Origin: Nemertoderma westbladi
Taxonomy: Eukaryota > Animalia > Xenacoelomorpha
Assembly (NCBI GenBank): GCA_032718475.1
Contig: JAUCBJ010007465.1
Span: forward strand, 1-45,494
Direction of reading: 5' to 3'
Length of the DNA stretch: 45,494 bases
Shown: one piece after another, positions 24,001-37,300 of the stretch
Numbering within the stretch: the stretch's first letter is position 1
Layout of the letters: each line of letters starts with the position of its first letter
The notes under the pieces: model-generated
What the model saw: the letters and a program-made list of their open reading frames with translations, nothing else
Told to the model about the DNA's origin: nothing
Database searches by the model: none
Program-made: the position numbers and the translations under genes

Positions 24001-27000
24001 GTAGCTATACGAACTCTCCGCTGGTTCTATGTTCCATTCCTTTAGTAGCTATACGAACTCTCTGTTGGTTCTATGTTCCATTCCTTTAGTAGCTATACGA
24101 ACTCTCCGTTGGTTCTATGTTCCATTCCTTTAGTAGCTATACGAACTCTCTGTTGGTTCTATGTTCCGTTCCTTTAGTAGCTATACGAACTCTCCGTTGG
24201 TTCTATGTTCCATTCCTTTAGTAGCTATACGAACTCTCTGTTGGTTCTATGTTCCGTTCCTTTAGTAGCTATACGAACTCTCCGTTGGTTCTATGTTCCA
24301 TTCCTTTAGTAGCTATACGAACTCTCTGTTGGTTCTATGTTCCATTCCTTTAGTAGCTATACGAACTCTCTGTTGGTTCTATGTTCCGTTCCTTTAGTAG
24401 CTATACGAACTCTCCGTTGGTTCTATGTTCCATTCCTTTAGTAGCTATACGAACTCTCTGTTGGTTCTATGTTCCGTTCCTTTAGTAGCTATACGAACTC
24501 TCCGCTGGTTCTATGTTCCATTCCTTTAGTAGCTATACGAACTCTCTGTTGGTTCTATGTTCCATTCCTTTAGTAGCTATACGAACTCTCCGCTGGTTCT
24601 ATGTTCCATTCCTTTAGTAGCTATACGAACTCTCCGTTGGTTCTATGTTCCATTCCTTTAGTAGCTATACGAACTCTCCGTTGGTTCTATGTTCCATTCC
24701 TTTAGTAGCTATACGAACTCTCCGTTGGTTCTATGTTCCATTCCTTTAGTAGCTGCTATACGAACTCTCCGTTGGTTCTATGTTCCATTCCTTTAGTAGC
24801 TATACGAACTCTCTGTTGGTTCTATGTTCCGTTCCTTTAGTAGCTATACGAACTCTCTGTTGGTTCTATGTTCCGTTCCTTTAGTAGCTATACGAACTCT
24901 CTGTTGGTTCTATGTTCCGTTCCTTTAGTAGCTATACGAACTCTCCGCTGGTTCTATGTTCCATTCCTTTAGTAGCTGCTATACGAACTCTCCGTTGGTT
25001 CTATGTTCCATTCCTTTAGTAGCTATACGAACTCTCCGTTGGTTCTATGTTCCATTCCTTTAGTAGCTATACGAACTCTCCGTTGGTTCTATGTTCCATT
25101 CCTTTAGTAGCTGCTATACGAACTCTCCGTTGGTTCTATGTTCCGTTCCTTTAGTAGCTATACGAACTCTCCGTTGGTTCTATGTTCCACTCCTTTAGTA
25201 GCTATACGAACTCTCCGTTGGTTCTATGTTCCATTCCTTTAGTAGCTATACGAACTCTCCGTTGGTTCTATGTTCCATTCCTTTAGTAGCTATACGAACT
25301 CTCTGTTGGTTCTATGTTCCGTTCCTTTAGTAGCTATACGAACTCTCCGCTGGTTCTATGTTCCATTCCTTTAGTAGCTATACGAACTCTCCGTTGGTTC
25401 TATGTTCCATTCCTTTAGTAGCTCATACGAACTCTCCGTTGGTTCTATGTTCCATTCCTTTAGTAGCTATACGAACTCTACTGTTGGTTCTATGTTCCGT
25501 TCCTTTAGTAGCTATACGAACTCTCTGTTGGTTCTATGTTCCGTTCCTTTAGTAGCTATACGAACTCTCTGTTGGTTCTATGTTCCGTTCCTTTAGTAGC
25601 TATACGAACTCTCCGCTGGTTCTATGTTCCATTCCTTTAGTAGCTATACGAACTCTCTGTTGGTTCTATGTTCCGTTCCTTTAGTAGCTATACGAACTCT
25701 CCGTTGGTTCTATGTTCCATTCCTTTAGTAGCTATACGAACTCTCCGTTGGTTCTATGTTCCATTCCTTTAGTAGCTATACGAACTCTCCGTTGGTTCTA
25801 TGTTCCATTCCTTTAGTAGCTATACGAACTCTCCGTTGGTTCTATGTTCCATTCCTTTAGTAGCTATACGAACTCTCCGCTGGTTCTATGTTCCATTCCT
25901 TTAGTAGCTGCTATACGAACTCTCCGTTGGTTCTATGTTCCGTTCCTTTAGTAGCTATACGAACTCTCCGTTGGTTCTATGTTCCATTCCTTTAGTAGCT
26001 ATACGAACTCTCCGTTGGTTCTATGTTCCATTCCTTTAGTAGCTATACGAACTCTCCGTTGGTTCTATGTTCCATTCCTTTAGTAGCTATACGAACTCTC
26101 CGTTGGTTCTATGTTCCGTTCCTTTAGTAGCTATACGAACTCTCCGTTGGTTCTATGTTCCACTCCTTTAGTAGCTATACGAACTCTCCGTTGGTTCTAT
26201 GTTCCATTCCTTTAGTAGCTATACGAACTCTCTGTTGGTTCTATGTTCCAATCCTTTAGTAGCTATACGAACTCTCTGTTGGTTCTATGTTCCATTCCTT
26301 TAGTAGCTATACGAACTCTCTGTTGGTTCTATGTTCCATTCCTTTAGTAGCTATACGAACTCTCTGTTGGTTCTATGTTCCGTTCCTTTAGTAGCTATAC
26401 GAACTCTCTGTTGGTTCTATGTTCCATTCCTTTAGTAGCTATACGAACTCTCTGTTGGTTCTATGTTCCGTTCCTTTAGTAGCTATACGAACTCTCCGCT
26501 GGTTCTATGTTCCATTCCTTTAGTAGCTATACGAACTCTCTGTTGGTTCTATGTTCCGTTCCTTTAGTAGCTATACGAACTCTCCGCTGGTTCTATGTTC
26601 CATTCCTTTAGTAGCTATACGAACTCTCTGTTGGTTCTATGTTCCATTCCTTTAGTAGCTATACGAACTCTCCGCTGGTTCTATGTTCCATTCCTTTAGT
26701 AGCTATACGAACTCTACGTTGGTTCTATGTTCCATTCCTTTAGTAGCTATACGAACTCTCTGTTGGTTCTATGTTCCATTCCTTTAGTAGCTATACGAAC
26801 TCTCTGTTGGTTCTATGTTCCGTTCCTTTAGTAGCTATACGAACTCTCCGCTGGTTCTATGTTCCATTCCTTTAGTAGCTATACGAACTCTCCGCTGGTT
26901 CTATGTTCCATTCCTTTAGTAGCTGCTATACGAACTCTCCGTTGGTTCTATGTTCCATTCCTTTAGTAGCTATACGAACTCTCCGTTGGTTCTATGTTCC

Positions 27001-30000
27001 GTTCCTTTAGTAGCTGCTATACGAACTCTCTGTTGGTTCTATGTTCCGTTCCTTTAGTAGCTATACGAACTCTCCGCTGGTTCTATGTTCCATTCCTTTA
27101 GTAGCTATACGAACTCTCTGTTGGTTCTATGTTCCATTCCTTTAGTAGCTATACGAACTCTCCGCTGGTTCTATGTTCCATTCCTTTAGTAGCTATACGA
27201 ACTCTACGTTGGTTCTATGTTCCATTCCTTTAGTAGCTATACGAACTCTCCGTTGGTTCTATGTTCCATTCCTTTAGTAGCTGCTATACGAACTCTCTGT
27301 TGGTTCTATGTTCCGTTCCTTTAGTAGCTATACGAACTCTCCGCTGGTTCTATGTTCCATTCCTTTAGTAGCTATACGAACTCTCCGTTGGTTCTATGTT
27401 CCATTCCTTTAGTAGCTATACGAACTCTCCGTTGGTTCTATGTTCCATTCCTTTAGTAGCTGCTATACGAACTCTCCGTTGGTTCTATGTTCCATTCCTT
27501 TAGTAGCTATACGAACTCACTGTTGGTTCTATGTTCCGTTCCTTTAGTAGCTATACGAACTCTCTGTTGGTTCTATGTTCCGTTCCTTTAGTAGCTATAC
27601 GAACTCTCCGCTGGTTCTATGTTCCATTCCTTTAGTAGCTGCTATACGAACTCTCCGTTGGTTCTATGTTCCATTCCTTTAGTAGCTATACGAACTCTCC
27701 GTTGGTTCTATGTTCCATTCCTTTAGTAGCTATACGAACTCTCCGTTGGTTCTATGTTCCATTCCTTTAGTAGCTATACGAACTCTACGTTGGTTCTATG
27801 TTCCATTCCTTTAGTAGCTGCTATACGAACTCTCTGTTGGTTCTATGTTCCGTTCCTTTAGTAGCTGCTATACGAACTCTCCGTTGGTTCTATGTTCCAT
27901 TCCTTTAGTAGCTATACGAACTCTCCGTTGGTTCTATGTTCCATTCCTTTAGTAGCTATACGAACTCTCTGTTGGTTCTATGTTCCGTTCCTTTAGTAGC
28001 TGCTATACGAACTCTCCGTTGGTTCTATGTTCCATTCCTTTAGTAGCTATACGAACTCTCCGTTGGTTCTATGTTCCGTTCCTTTAGTAGCTATACGAAC
28101 TCTCCGCTGGTTCTATGTTCCATTCCTTTAGTAGCTGCTATACGAACTCTCCGTTGGTTCTATGTTCCATTCCTTTAGTAGCTATACGAACTCTCCGTTG
28201 GTTCTATGTTCCATTCTTTTAGTAGCTATACGAACTCTCCGTTGGTTCTATGTTCCATTCCTTTAGTAGCTATACGAACTCTCCGTTGGTTCTATGTTCC
28301 ATTCCTTTAGTAGCTATACGAACTCTACGTTGGTTCTATGTTCCATTCCTTTAGTAGCTATACGAACTCTCCGTTGGTTCTATGTTCCATTCCTTTAGTA
28401 GCTATACGAACTCTACGTTGGTTCTATGTTCCATTCCTTTAGTAGCTATACGAACTCTCCGTTGGTTCTATGTTCCATTCCTTTAGTAGCTATACGAACT
28501 CTACGTTGGTTCTATGTTCCATTCCTTTAGTAGCTATACGAACTCTCCGTTGGTTCTATGTTCCATTCCTTTAGTAGCTATACGAACTCTCCGTTGGTTC
28601 TATGTTCCATTCCTTTAGTAGCTGCTATACGAACTCTCCGTTGGTTCTATGTTCCATTCCTTTAGTAGCTATACGAACTCTACGTTGGTTCTATGTTCCA
28701 TTCCTTTAGTAGCTGCTATACGAACTCTCCGTTGGTTCTATGTTCCATTCCTTTAGTAGCTGCTATACGAACTCTCCGTTGGTTCTATGTTCCATTCCTT
28801 TAGTAGCTATACGAACTCTCTGTTGGTTCTATGTTCCGTTCCTTTAGTAGCTATACGAACTCTCCGCTGGTTCTATGTTCCATTCCTTTAGTAGCTATAC
28901 GAACTCTCCGTTGGTTCTATGTTCCATTTTTTTAGTAGCTATACGAACTCTCTGTTGGTTCTATGTTCCGTTCCTTTAGTAGCTATACGAACTCTACGTT
29001 GGTTCTATGTTCCATTCCTTTAGTAGCTATACGAACTCTCCGTTGGTTCTATGTTCCGTTCCTTTAGTAGCTATACGAACTCTACGTTGGTTCTATGTTC
29101 CATTCCTTTAGTAGCTATACGAACTCTCCGTTGGTTCTATGTTCCATTCCTTTAGTAGCTGCTATACGAACTCTCCGTTGGTTCTATGTTCCATTCCTTT
29201 AGTAGCTGCTATACGAACTCTCCGTTGGTTCTATGTTCCATTCCTTTAGTAGCTATACGAACTCTCCGTTGGTTCTATGTTCCATTCCTTTAGTAGCTAT
29301 ACGAACTCTCCGTTGGTTCTATGTTCCATTCCTTTAGTAGCTATACGAACTCTCCGTTGGTTCTATGTTCCATTCCTTTAGTAGCTATACGAACTCTCCG
29401 TTGGTTCTATGTTCCATTCCTTTAGTAGCTATACGAACTCTCCGTTGGTTCTATGTTCCATTCCTTTAGTAGCTATACGAACTCTCTGTTGGTTCTATGT
29501 TCCACTCCTTTAGTAGCTATACGAACTCTCCGTTGGTTCTATGTTCCATTCCTTTAGTAGCTATACGAACTCTCCGTTGGTTCTATGTTCCATTCCTTTA
29601 GTAGCTATACGAACTCTACGTTGGTTCTATGTTCCATTCCTTTAGTAGCTGCTATACGAACTCTCCGTTGGTTCTATGTTCCATTCCTTTAGTAGCTATA
29701 CGAACTCTCCGTTGGTTCTATGTTCCATTCCTTTAGTAGCTATACGAACTCTACGTTGGTTCTATGTTCCATTCCTTTAGTAGCTATACGAACTCTCCGT
29801 TGGTTCTATGTTCCGTTCCTTTAGTACCGTTCCTTTAGTAGCTGCTATACGAACTCTCTGTTGGTTCTATGTTCCGTTCCTTTAGTAGCTATACGAACTC
29901 TCCGCTGGTTCTATGTTCCATTCCTTTAGTAGCTATACGAACTCTCCGCTGGTTCTATGTTCCATTCCTTTAGTAGCTATACGAACTCTCCGTTGGTTCT

Positions 30001-33000
30001 ATGTTCCGTTCCTTTAGTAGCTATACGAACTCTCCGTTGGTTCTATGTTCCGTTCCTTTAGTAGCTATACGAACTCTCCGCTGGTTCTATGTTCCATTCC
30101 TTTAGTAGCTATACGAACTCTCCGCTGGTTCTATGTTCCATTCCTTTAGTAGCTATACGAACTCTCCGTTGGTTCTATGTTCCGTTCCTTTAGTAGCTAT
30201 ACGAACTCTCCGTTGGTTCTATGTTCCGTTCCTTTAGTAGCTATACGAACTCTCCGCTGGTTCTATGTTCCATTCCTTTAGTAGCTATACGAACTCTCCG
30301 CTGGTTCTATGTTCCATTCCTTTAGTAGCTATACGAACTCTCCGTTGGTTCTATGTTCCGTTCCTTTAGTAGCTATACGAACTCTCCGTTGGTTCTATGT
30401 TCCGTTCCTTTAGTAGCTATACGAACTCTCCGTTGGTTCTATGTTCCGTTCCTTTAGTAGCTATACGAACTCTCCGTTGGTTCTATGTTCCGTTCCTTTA
30501 GTAGCTATACGAACTCTCCGTTGGTTCTATGTTCCGTTCCTTTAGTAGCTATACGAACTCTCCGTTGGTTCTATGTTCCATTCCTTTAGTAGCTATACGA
30601 ACTCTCCGTTGGTTCTATGTTCCACTCCTTTAGTAGCTATACGAACTCTCCGTTGGTTCTATGTTCCGTTCCTTTAGTAGCTATACGAACTCTCCGTTGG
30701 TTCTATGTTCCGTTCCTTTAGTAGCTATACGAACTCTCCGCTGGTTCTATGTTCCATTCCTTTAGTAGCTATACGAACTCTCTGTTGGTTCTATGTTCCA
30801 TTCCTTTAGTAGCTATACGAACTCTCCGCTGGTTCTATGTTCCATTCCTTTAGTAGCTATACGAACTCTCCGCTGGTTCTATGTTCCATTCCTTTAGTAG
30901 CTATACGAACTCTCCGTTGGTTCTATGTTCCATTCCTTTAGTAGCTATACGAACTCTCCGCTGGTTCTATGTTCCATTCCTTTAGTAGCTATACGAACTC
31001 TACGTTGGTTCTATGTTCCATTCCTTTAGTAGCTGCTATACGAACTCTCCGTTGGTTCTATGTTCCGTTCCTTTAGTAGCTATACGAACTCTACGTTGGT
31101 TCTATGTTCCATTCCTTTAGTAGCTATACGAACTCTACGTTGGTTCTATGTTCCATTCCTTTAGTAGCTGCTATACGAACTCTCCGTTGGTTCTATGTTC
31201 CGTTCCTTTAGTAGCTATACGAACTCTACGTTGGTTCTATGTTCCATTCCTTTAGTAGCTATACGAACTCTACGTTGGTTCTATGTTCCATTCCTTTAGT
31301 AGCTATACGAACTCTCCGTTGGTTCTATGTTCCGTTCCTTTAGTAGCTATACGAACTCTCCGTTGGTTCTATGTTCCATTCCTTTAGTAGCTATACAAAC
31401 TCTCCGTTGGTTCTATGTTCCGTTCCTTTAGTAGCTATACGAACTCTCCGTTGGTTCTATGTTCCATTCCTTTAGTAGCTATACGAACTCTACGTTGGTT
31501 CTATGTTCCATTCCTTTAGTAGCTATACGAACTCTACGTTGGTTCTATGTTCCATTCCTTTAGTAGCTATACGAACTCTCCGTTGGTTCTATGTTCCGTT
31601 CCTTTAGTAGCTATACGAACTCTCCGTTGGTTCTATGTTCCATTCCTTTAGTAGCTATACGAACTCTACGTTGGTTCTATGTTCCATTCCTTTAGTAGCT
31701 ATACGAACTCTCCGTTGGTTCTATGTTCCGTTCCTTTAGTAGCTATACGAACTCTCCGTTGGTTCTATGTTCCATTCCTTTAGTAGCTATACGAACTCTC
31801 CGTTGGTTCTATGTTCCATTCCTTTAGTAGCTATACGAACTCTCCGTTGGTTCTATGTTCCATTCCTTTAGTAGCTATACGAACTCTCCGTTGGTTCTAT
31901 GTTCCATTCCTTTAGTAGCTATACGAACTCTCCGTTGGTTCTATGTTCCATTCCTTTAGTAGCTATACGAACTCTCCGTTGGTTCTATGTTCCGTTCCTT
32001 TAGTAGCTATACGAACTCTCCGTTGGTTCTATGTTCCACTCCTTTAGTAGCTATACGAACTCTCCGTTGGTTCTATGTTCCGTTCCTTTAGTAGCTATAC
32101 GAACTCTCCGTTGGTTCTATGTTCCGTTCCTTTAGTAGCTATACGAACTCTCCGTTGGTTCTATGTTCCATTCCTTTAGTAGCTATACGAACTCTCCGTT
32201 GGTTCTATGTTCCGTTCCTTTAGTAGCTATACGAACTCTCCGTTGGTTCTATGTTCCACTCCTTTAGTAGCTATACGAACTCTCCGTTGGTTCTATGTTC
32301 CGTTCCTTTAGTAGCTATACGAACTCTCCGTTGGTTCTATGTTCCATTCCTTTAGTAGCTATACGAACTCTCTGTTGGTTCTATGTTCCGTTCCTTTAGT
32401 AGCTATACGAACTCTCCGTTGGTTCTATGTTCCATTCCTTTAGTAGCTGCTATACGAACTCTCCGTTGGTTCTATGTTCCATTCCTTTAGTAGCTATACG
32501 AACTCTCCGTTGGTTCTATGTTCCATTCCTTTAGTAGCTATACGAACTCTCCGTTGGTTCTATGTTCCATTCCTTTAGTAGCTATACGAACTCTCCGTTG
32601 GTTCTATGTTCCATTCCTTTAGTAGCTATACGAACTCTCCGTTGGTTCTATGTTCCATTCCTTTAGTAGCTATACGAACTCTCCGTTGGTTCTATGTTCC
32701 GTTCCTTTAGTAGCTGCTATACGAACTCTCTGTTGGTTCTATGTTCCATTCCTTTAGTAGCTGCTATACGAACTCTCCGTTGGTTCTATGTTCCGTTCCT
32801 TTAGTAGCTGCTATACGAACTCTCCGTTGGTTCTATGTTCCATTGCTTTAGTAGCTGCTATACGAACTCTCCGTTGGTTCTATGTTCCATTCCTTTAGTA
32901 GCTATACGAACTCTCCGTTGGTTCTATGTTCCGTTCCTTTAGTAGCTATACGAACTCTCATTTGGTTCTATGTTCCGTTCCTTTAGTAGCTATACGAACT

Positions 33001-33036
33001 CTCCATTGGTTCTATGTTCCATTCCATTTGTTAGCT
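18048..33036. repeat. Satellite/minisatellite array, 44-bp unit (47-bp variant), ~335 copies
   Basis: Consensus ctatacgaactctccgttggttctatgttccattcctttagtag, with or without an extra ctg. Edge units are degenerate. Copy number estimated from length. Confidence 0.98.
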
Positions 33037-33200
33037 CCTTTGAATGTTGTACATGGCGCAGTGTTAACTTTACACTGTAAATGAAACTGATATTGGAAGT
33101 GAGAAATTAAAAAAAAATTTGAAATCAGTGAAATATTTACCGAAATATATTTGTGTTATTCTGACTGAGTTCTGAGTAAATAAAGTATTTTAATTTGTAG

Positions 33201-33268
33201 GATTTGGTAACAATGGCGATGTGCCCGAACTTATTCCTGATGACATCGATTTCAGTCCTATAATTTAA
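33201..33268 (+). CDS. Probable terminal coding exon of the CTCK host gene (GFGNNGDVPELIPDDIDFSPII*)
   Basis: Acceptor ttttaatttgtAG at 33199-33200. Phase 1 matches the upstream exon, and the frame is open to TAA at 33266-33268. Confidence 0.65.
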
Positions 33269-33316
33269 GTACAACTGCGATTACGGACTAACCCTTTAGC
33301 CTTTCCATATACTGAA

Positions 33317-33796
33317 TGTGGGTGCCGGGAAACGCAATAATATAACGGGCTTTACGAGAGCGAGTTACTCAGTAAAAAGCCAATTCGTATTAAACGAATT
33401 CTACAGGGAGAATCAAAGAAGTTGGAATTTTGTTTGGAAAAAAAATTGAAAAAAAGATTGGAAATGGCTTGTACTGTTTATCATCTTTTGGTGATGGTTC
33501 ATATTGAGTACTTATATCCTAATTTCAATTATAATTATAATATTTAACGAATTATATTTTGTGCAACTTATGTTTTTAATAATCCGATTTAGTAATTATT
33601 ATTTAGTACATACTGCATTCCAAAAAGAAAACATCACATTTTTCAACCATGAGGGTTTGGAAACTTATGCTGGCAGCTCTTTCTGTGTAAAATATGTACA
33701 AAGTTAAATTGAGTCTAATGGAAACTAAAATGTTAAGTTTTTTAATTTAAGAGGCCTGCTCATTCGTAAATCCCGTTCGCGTTTCCCGCGCCCACA
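33317..33796. mobile_element. Possible old MITE / non-autonomous DNA transposon
   Basis: Imperfect inverted repeats tgtgggtgccgggaaacgc…aacgggctttacga (33317-33357) and tcgtaaatcccgttcgcgtttcccgcgcccaca (33764-33796) around AT-rich sequence. Confidence 0.5.
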
Positions 33797-34395
33797 CTGA
33801 ATCAAATTTTGGACAATTCCGACTGGAGAATACATTTTCTAAAAAATATTACTGACGATGAAAATATTTACATTTGTTTTGATACGGAGTATAGTTCACT
33901 AGTAAACAGTATGCCATAAGTTCAAAAAGTACTACCTAGAATGTAACTAGAATGTGGTACTACCTGTAGCTGTCAGCCCAGTAGGGCAGGCCCGATAAGC
34001 ATAGCCTATTCATTATTTAGTTGATCAAGAGTGGGTTGGTTCAGCCCCGTCAACTAAATAAGTCATTGAGGGCTATAGCGCCTAGGGCACCATTGAAGGC
34101 AAAGGCTTGATACGCATCTGCATTAGAGGTGATACAAGCCCCGCCCTGTCTATACTGGATGCTCCTCTACCAGTGTTGGGTAACCTAACCCAGGAGGCAC
34201 ACTTGGTTCAGGGTGTAACAAATGGACCCCTACAGTCGATAGCAGGGCTGTAGGCCATGGATAGGCGGAAGGTAATCAACCAACGGCTAGACATGCTGAC
34301 AAGGTCGGCGGAAGGTAATCAACCAACGGCGACCTACTGCGAAGACGCTTGTAGGAGTTGCGACCACAAGCGGTTTACTCCCGCAACTGAAAGAT

Positions 34396-37300
34396 ATGAG
34401 TATGAGAACCCTCCAGGAGAAATACCGGCTCGGTCGTCGCCCGGGTCAACAAGGACCGCGTCCCTCAGTGGTACACCAGGCTGGGGTCGATAAATTGGCT
34501 ACTGGAACAGAAGACAGAGAAGAAAGAAGAACCAACCTGTTGAAATGTAAAAAGACACTAAAGTTTGCTACAATGAACGCACGCACGCTGAAAGCACAGA
34601 GCAAACAGGGTGACATGGTCGCTCTGGCAATGGAATATAACATCGACATCATCTGCATCCAAGAACATCGGATTTGTCATGAAGACACTGCCATGAAGTA
34701 CAATGACATTGGAAATGGATGGACGTTAGTAACAAGCTCAGCAGTAAGAAACTCGGCCAATGCATCAATTGGTGGAGTAGGAATTCTGCTAAGCCCATTT
34801 GCACTTAAGACCCTAAACAACATCGAATCTATAAATTCCAGGGTTATGATCGCAACATTTGATGGGAATCCCAAGACAACAGTTATATGTTGCTACAGTC
34901 CAACCAATGCATCAGAGCCAGAACAAGCAGTCAAGTTTTATGAAGAACTGACTGGACTTATTAAGGACATCCCGAAACACAATGTTAAAGTCATTGCTGG
35001 TCACCTGAATGCGCAAATCGGCCCAGAAGACATCAAGGGTTACACCTATAACACCAGTTCTAACAGAAATGGGTACTTACTTTTAGACCTAATGGAAGAA
35101 TGTGAATTGATACCAACAAACAACACATTCGAAAAGAGTAAGGGGAAGCTATGGACCTTTCAATACCCTAATGGAACCAAAGCACAACTGGATTACATCC
35201 TTATAAACAAAAAGTGGAGAAATAGCATGATCAACTACGAGGCATACAGCTCGTTCATTCTAATTGGTTCGGACCACAGAATTGTGACTGCAGAAATCAG
35301 ACTCAGTTTGAGAGCCAGCAAACCCAGGACAAGCAAGCAAATCAACTATGACTGGGAGAAACTCAGAACTGACAATGCTGTAAGGGATGCTTATACAGTA
35401 GAAGTTCAAAACCGCTTTGAAGCACTTCAGTCAATGGATGAAGACCAATCCACCGATTCAATATACCAGAATATAATAACAGCCCACAAGGAATCAGCTA
35501 AGAGGCATATCCCCCAGAAACCTAAACGAAAACAGTATGTGCCATGGCAAAACTCTGAGGTTACTTGGAAGAGAGAGGATCTTAAGATAGCCTACAAAGT
35601 TAAAACCGAACAACCAACAACCGAAAACATTAACAAGGTTGAGAAAGCTAAGGACGATCTTAAATTGGCCTACAACATCAGCCAGGAAAAGTACATACAG
35701 GATAAAACTGAAGCAATTACAACTGCTCACATACAGCAGCAATCAAGACTTACCTGGCAAACTGTAAATGAGGTATCTGGTCGGAAAAGTTGTGCAAAGG
35801 GGCGCCTCAAAGCCGATAGTCCTGAAGAACGTGTTGGGAAGTGGAAAAATCATTTCAGCAACTTGCTTGGGCAGCCACCAAACATCGAGGTCAGCCCTAC
35901 AAGGAAAATATATGACAAGACACTACCTATAGAAACAGGGGACTTCACACCTGCCGAACTCCAAAGAAGCATTAAAAGCATGTCCAATAATAAAGCGAGT
36001 GGATTAGATGAAATCCCAGCGGAGGTATGGAAAACCGGAGTGCTAAATAGACCATTATTGAATGCTTGCAACCGGATGTTAAAAGGGGAAAAGCCACCAC
36101 CAATTTGGACTAAAGGTCAACTAAAGCCTCACCCCAAGAAAGGAGACCTCGGCATACCAACAAACTATCGTGGGATCTGTCTGCTTGTGGTAGCTGCCAA
36201 AATATACAATAAAATGATTCTATATAGGATTAGGCCTCACATAGAGAAACTACTGCGTAAGAGCGAAAACGGATTTCGACCAAGTAGATCAACAATAGCT
36301 CAGATACTTGCACTACGGAAACTGATTGAAGGAATTAAGTCAAAGAATCTCCCCGCAGTCATGACTTTTGTGGACTTCAAGAAGGCATTCGACTCCATCC
36401 ATAGAGGTAAAATGCTTGAAATCCTAAGAGCTTATGGAATACCAGAAGTAATTCTTGCTGGCATTGGATTGTTATATTGTGACACAGAAGCACAGGTACT
36501 CTCACCAGATGGTGAAACTGAGTTTTTCTCAATCCTGGCTGGCGTACTGCAAGGTGACACATTAGCACCATTACTATTTGTAATTGTGCTGGATTACGCA
36601 ATGAGGACGGCCACAAAGGGTGAAGATCTGGGATTCACACTTCAAGAACGCAGAAGTAGTAGATATCCGGCAACTACAGTCACAGACACCGACTTTGCGG
36701 ATGACATCGCCCTGCTCTCTAATACGCTAGCAGATGCCCAGCTTCTACTAAATAAAGTGGAGAGGGCTGCTAAGGAGGTTGGATTGTATATAAATGCTAC
36801 CAAGACCGAATTCATGACCTTTAATGTTGATGGAAACTTGACAACCATTGATAATAATCAACTAAGGAAGGTCGATGACTTCCAGTACCTTGGATCATGG
36901 ATAGAGAGTAGCAAAAAGGACATAGAAGTTAGGAAAGCAAAGGCTTGGGTAGCTCTATCAAAAATGGATACCATCTGGAAATCAGATCTCTCCAGGCACC
37001 TGAAGACTAAGTTCTTTCGAGCCACAGTGGAAAGTGTATTTTTATACGGGGGTGAGACCTGGACACTGACTAAATCACTTGAACAACGAATTGATGGTTG
37101 CTACACAAGACTACTAAGGGCAGCCCTAAACATCAGCTGGAGACAACACATGACAAACGCCGAGCTTTATGGTACAATACCACCTGTATCAACCACCCTC
37201 CGTGAACGCAGATTAAGATTCAGTGGGCACTGCTGGCGAAGTAAAGACGAGGTCATACCAGATCTACTTCTCTGGCAACCAACCCATGGAAAGCGTAGTC

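Noticed and set aside
23082-25596. Short ORFs inside the satellite
   Set aside because: Chance products of single-base indels in 44-bp units that otherwise contain TAG-TAG; possibly read errors.
18060-33000. Hammerhead ribozyme, heat-shock element or Pol III B-box in the satellite unit
   Set aside because: No CTGANGA/GAAA core on either strand, GAA spacing does not fit a canonical HSE, and GTTCGTATA is only a partial B-box.
18048-33036. CRISPR array
   Set aside because: Head-to-tail units with no unique spacers, no cas genes, and a eukaryotic context.
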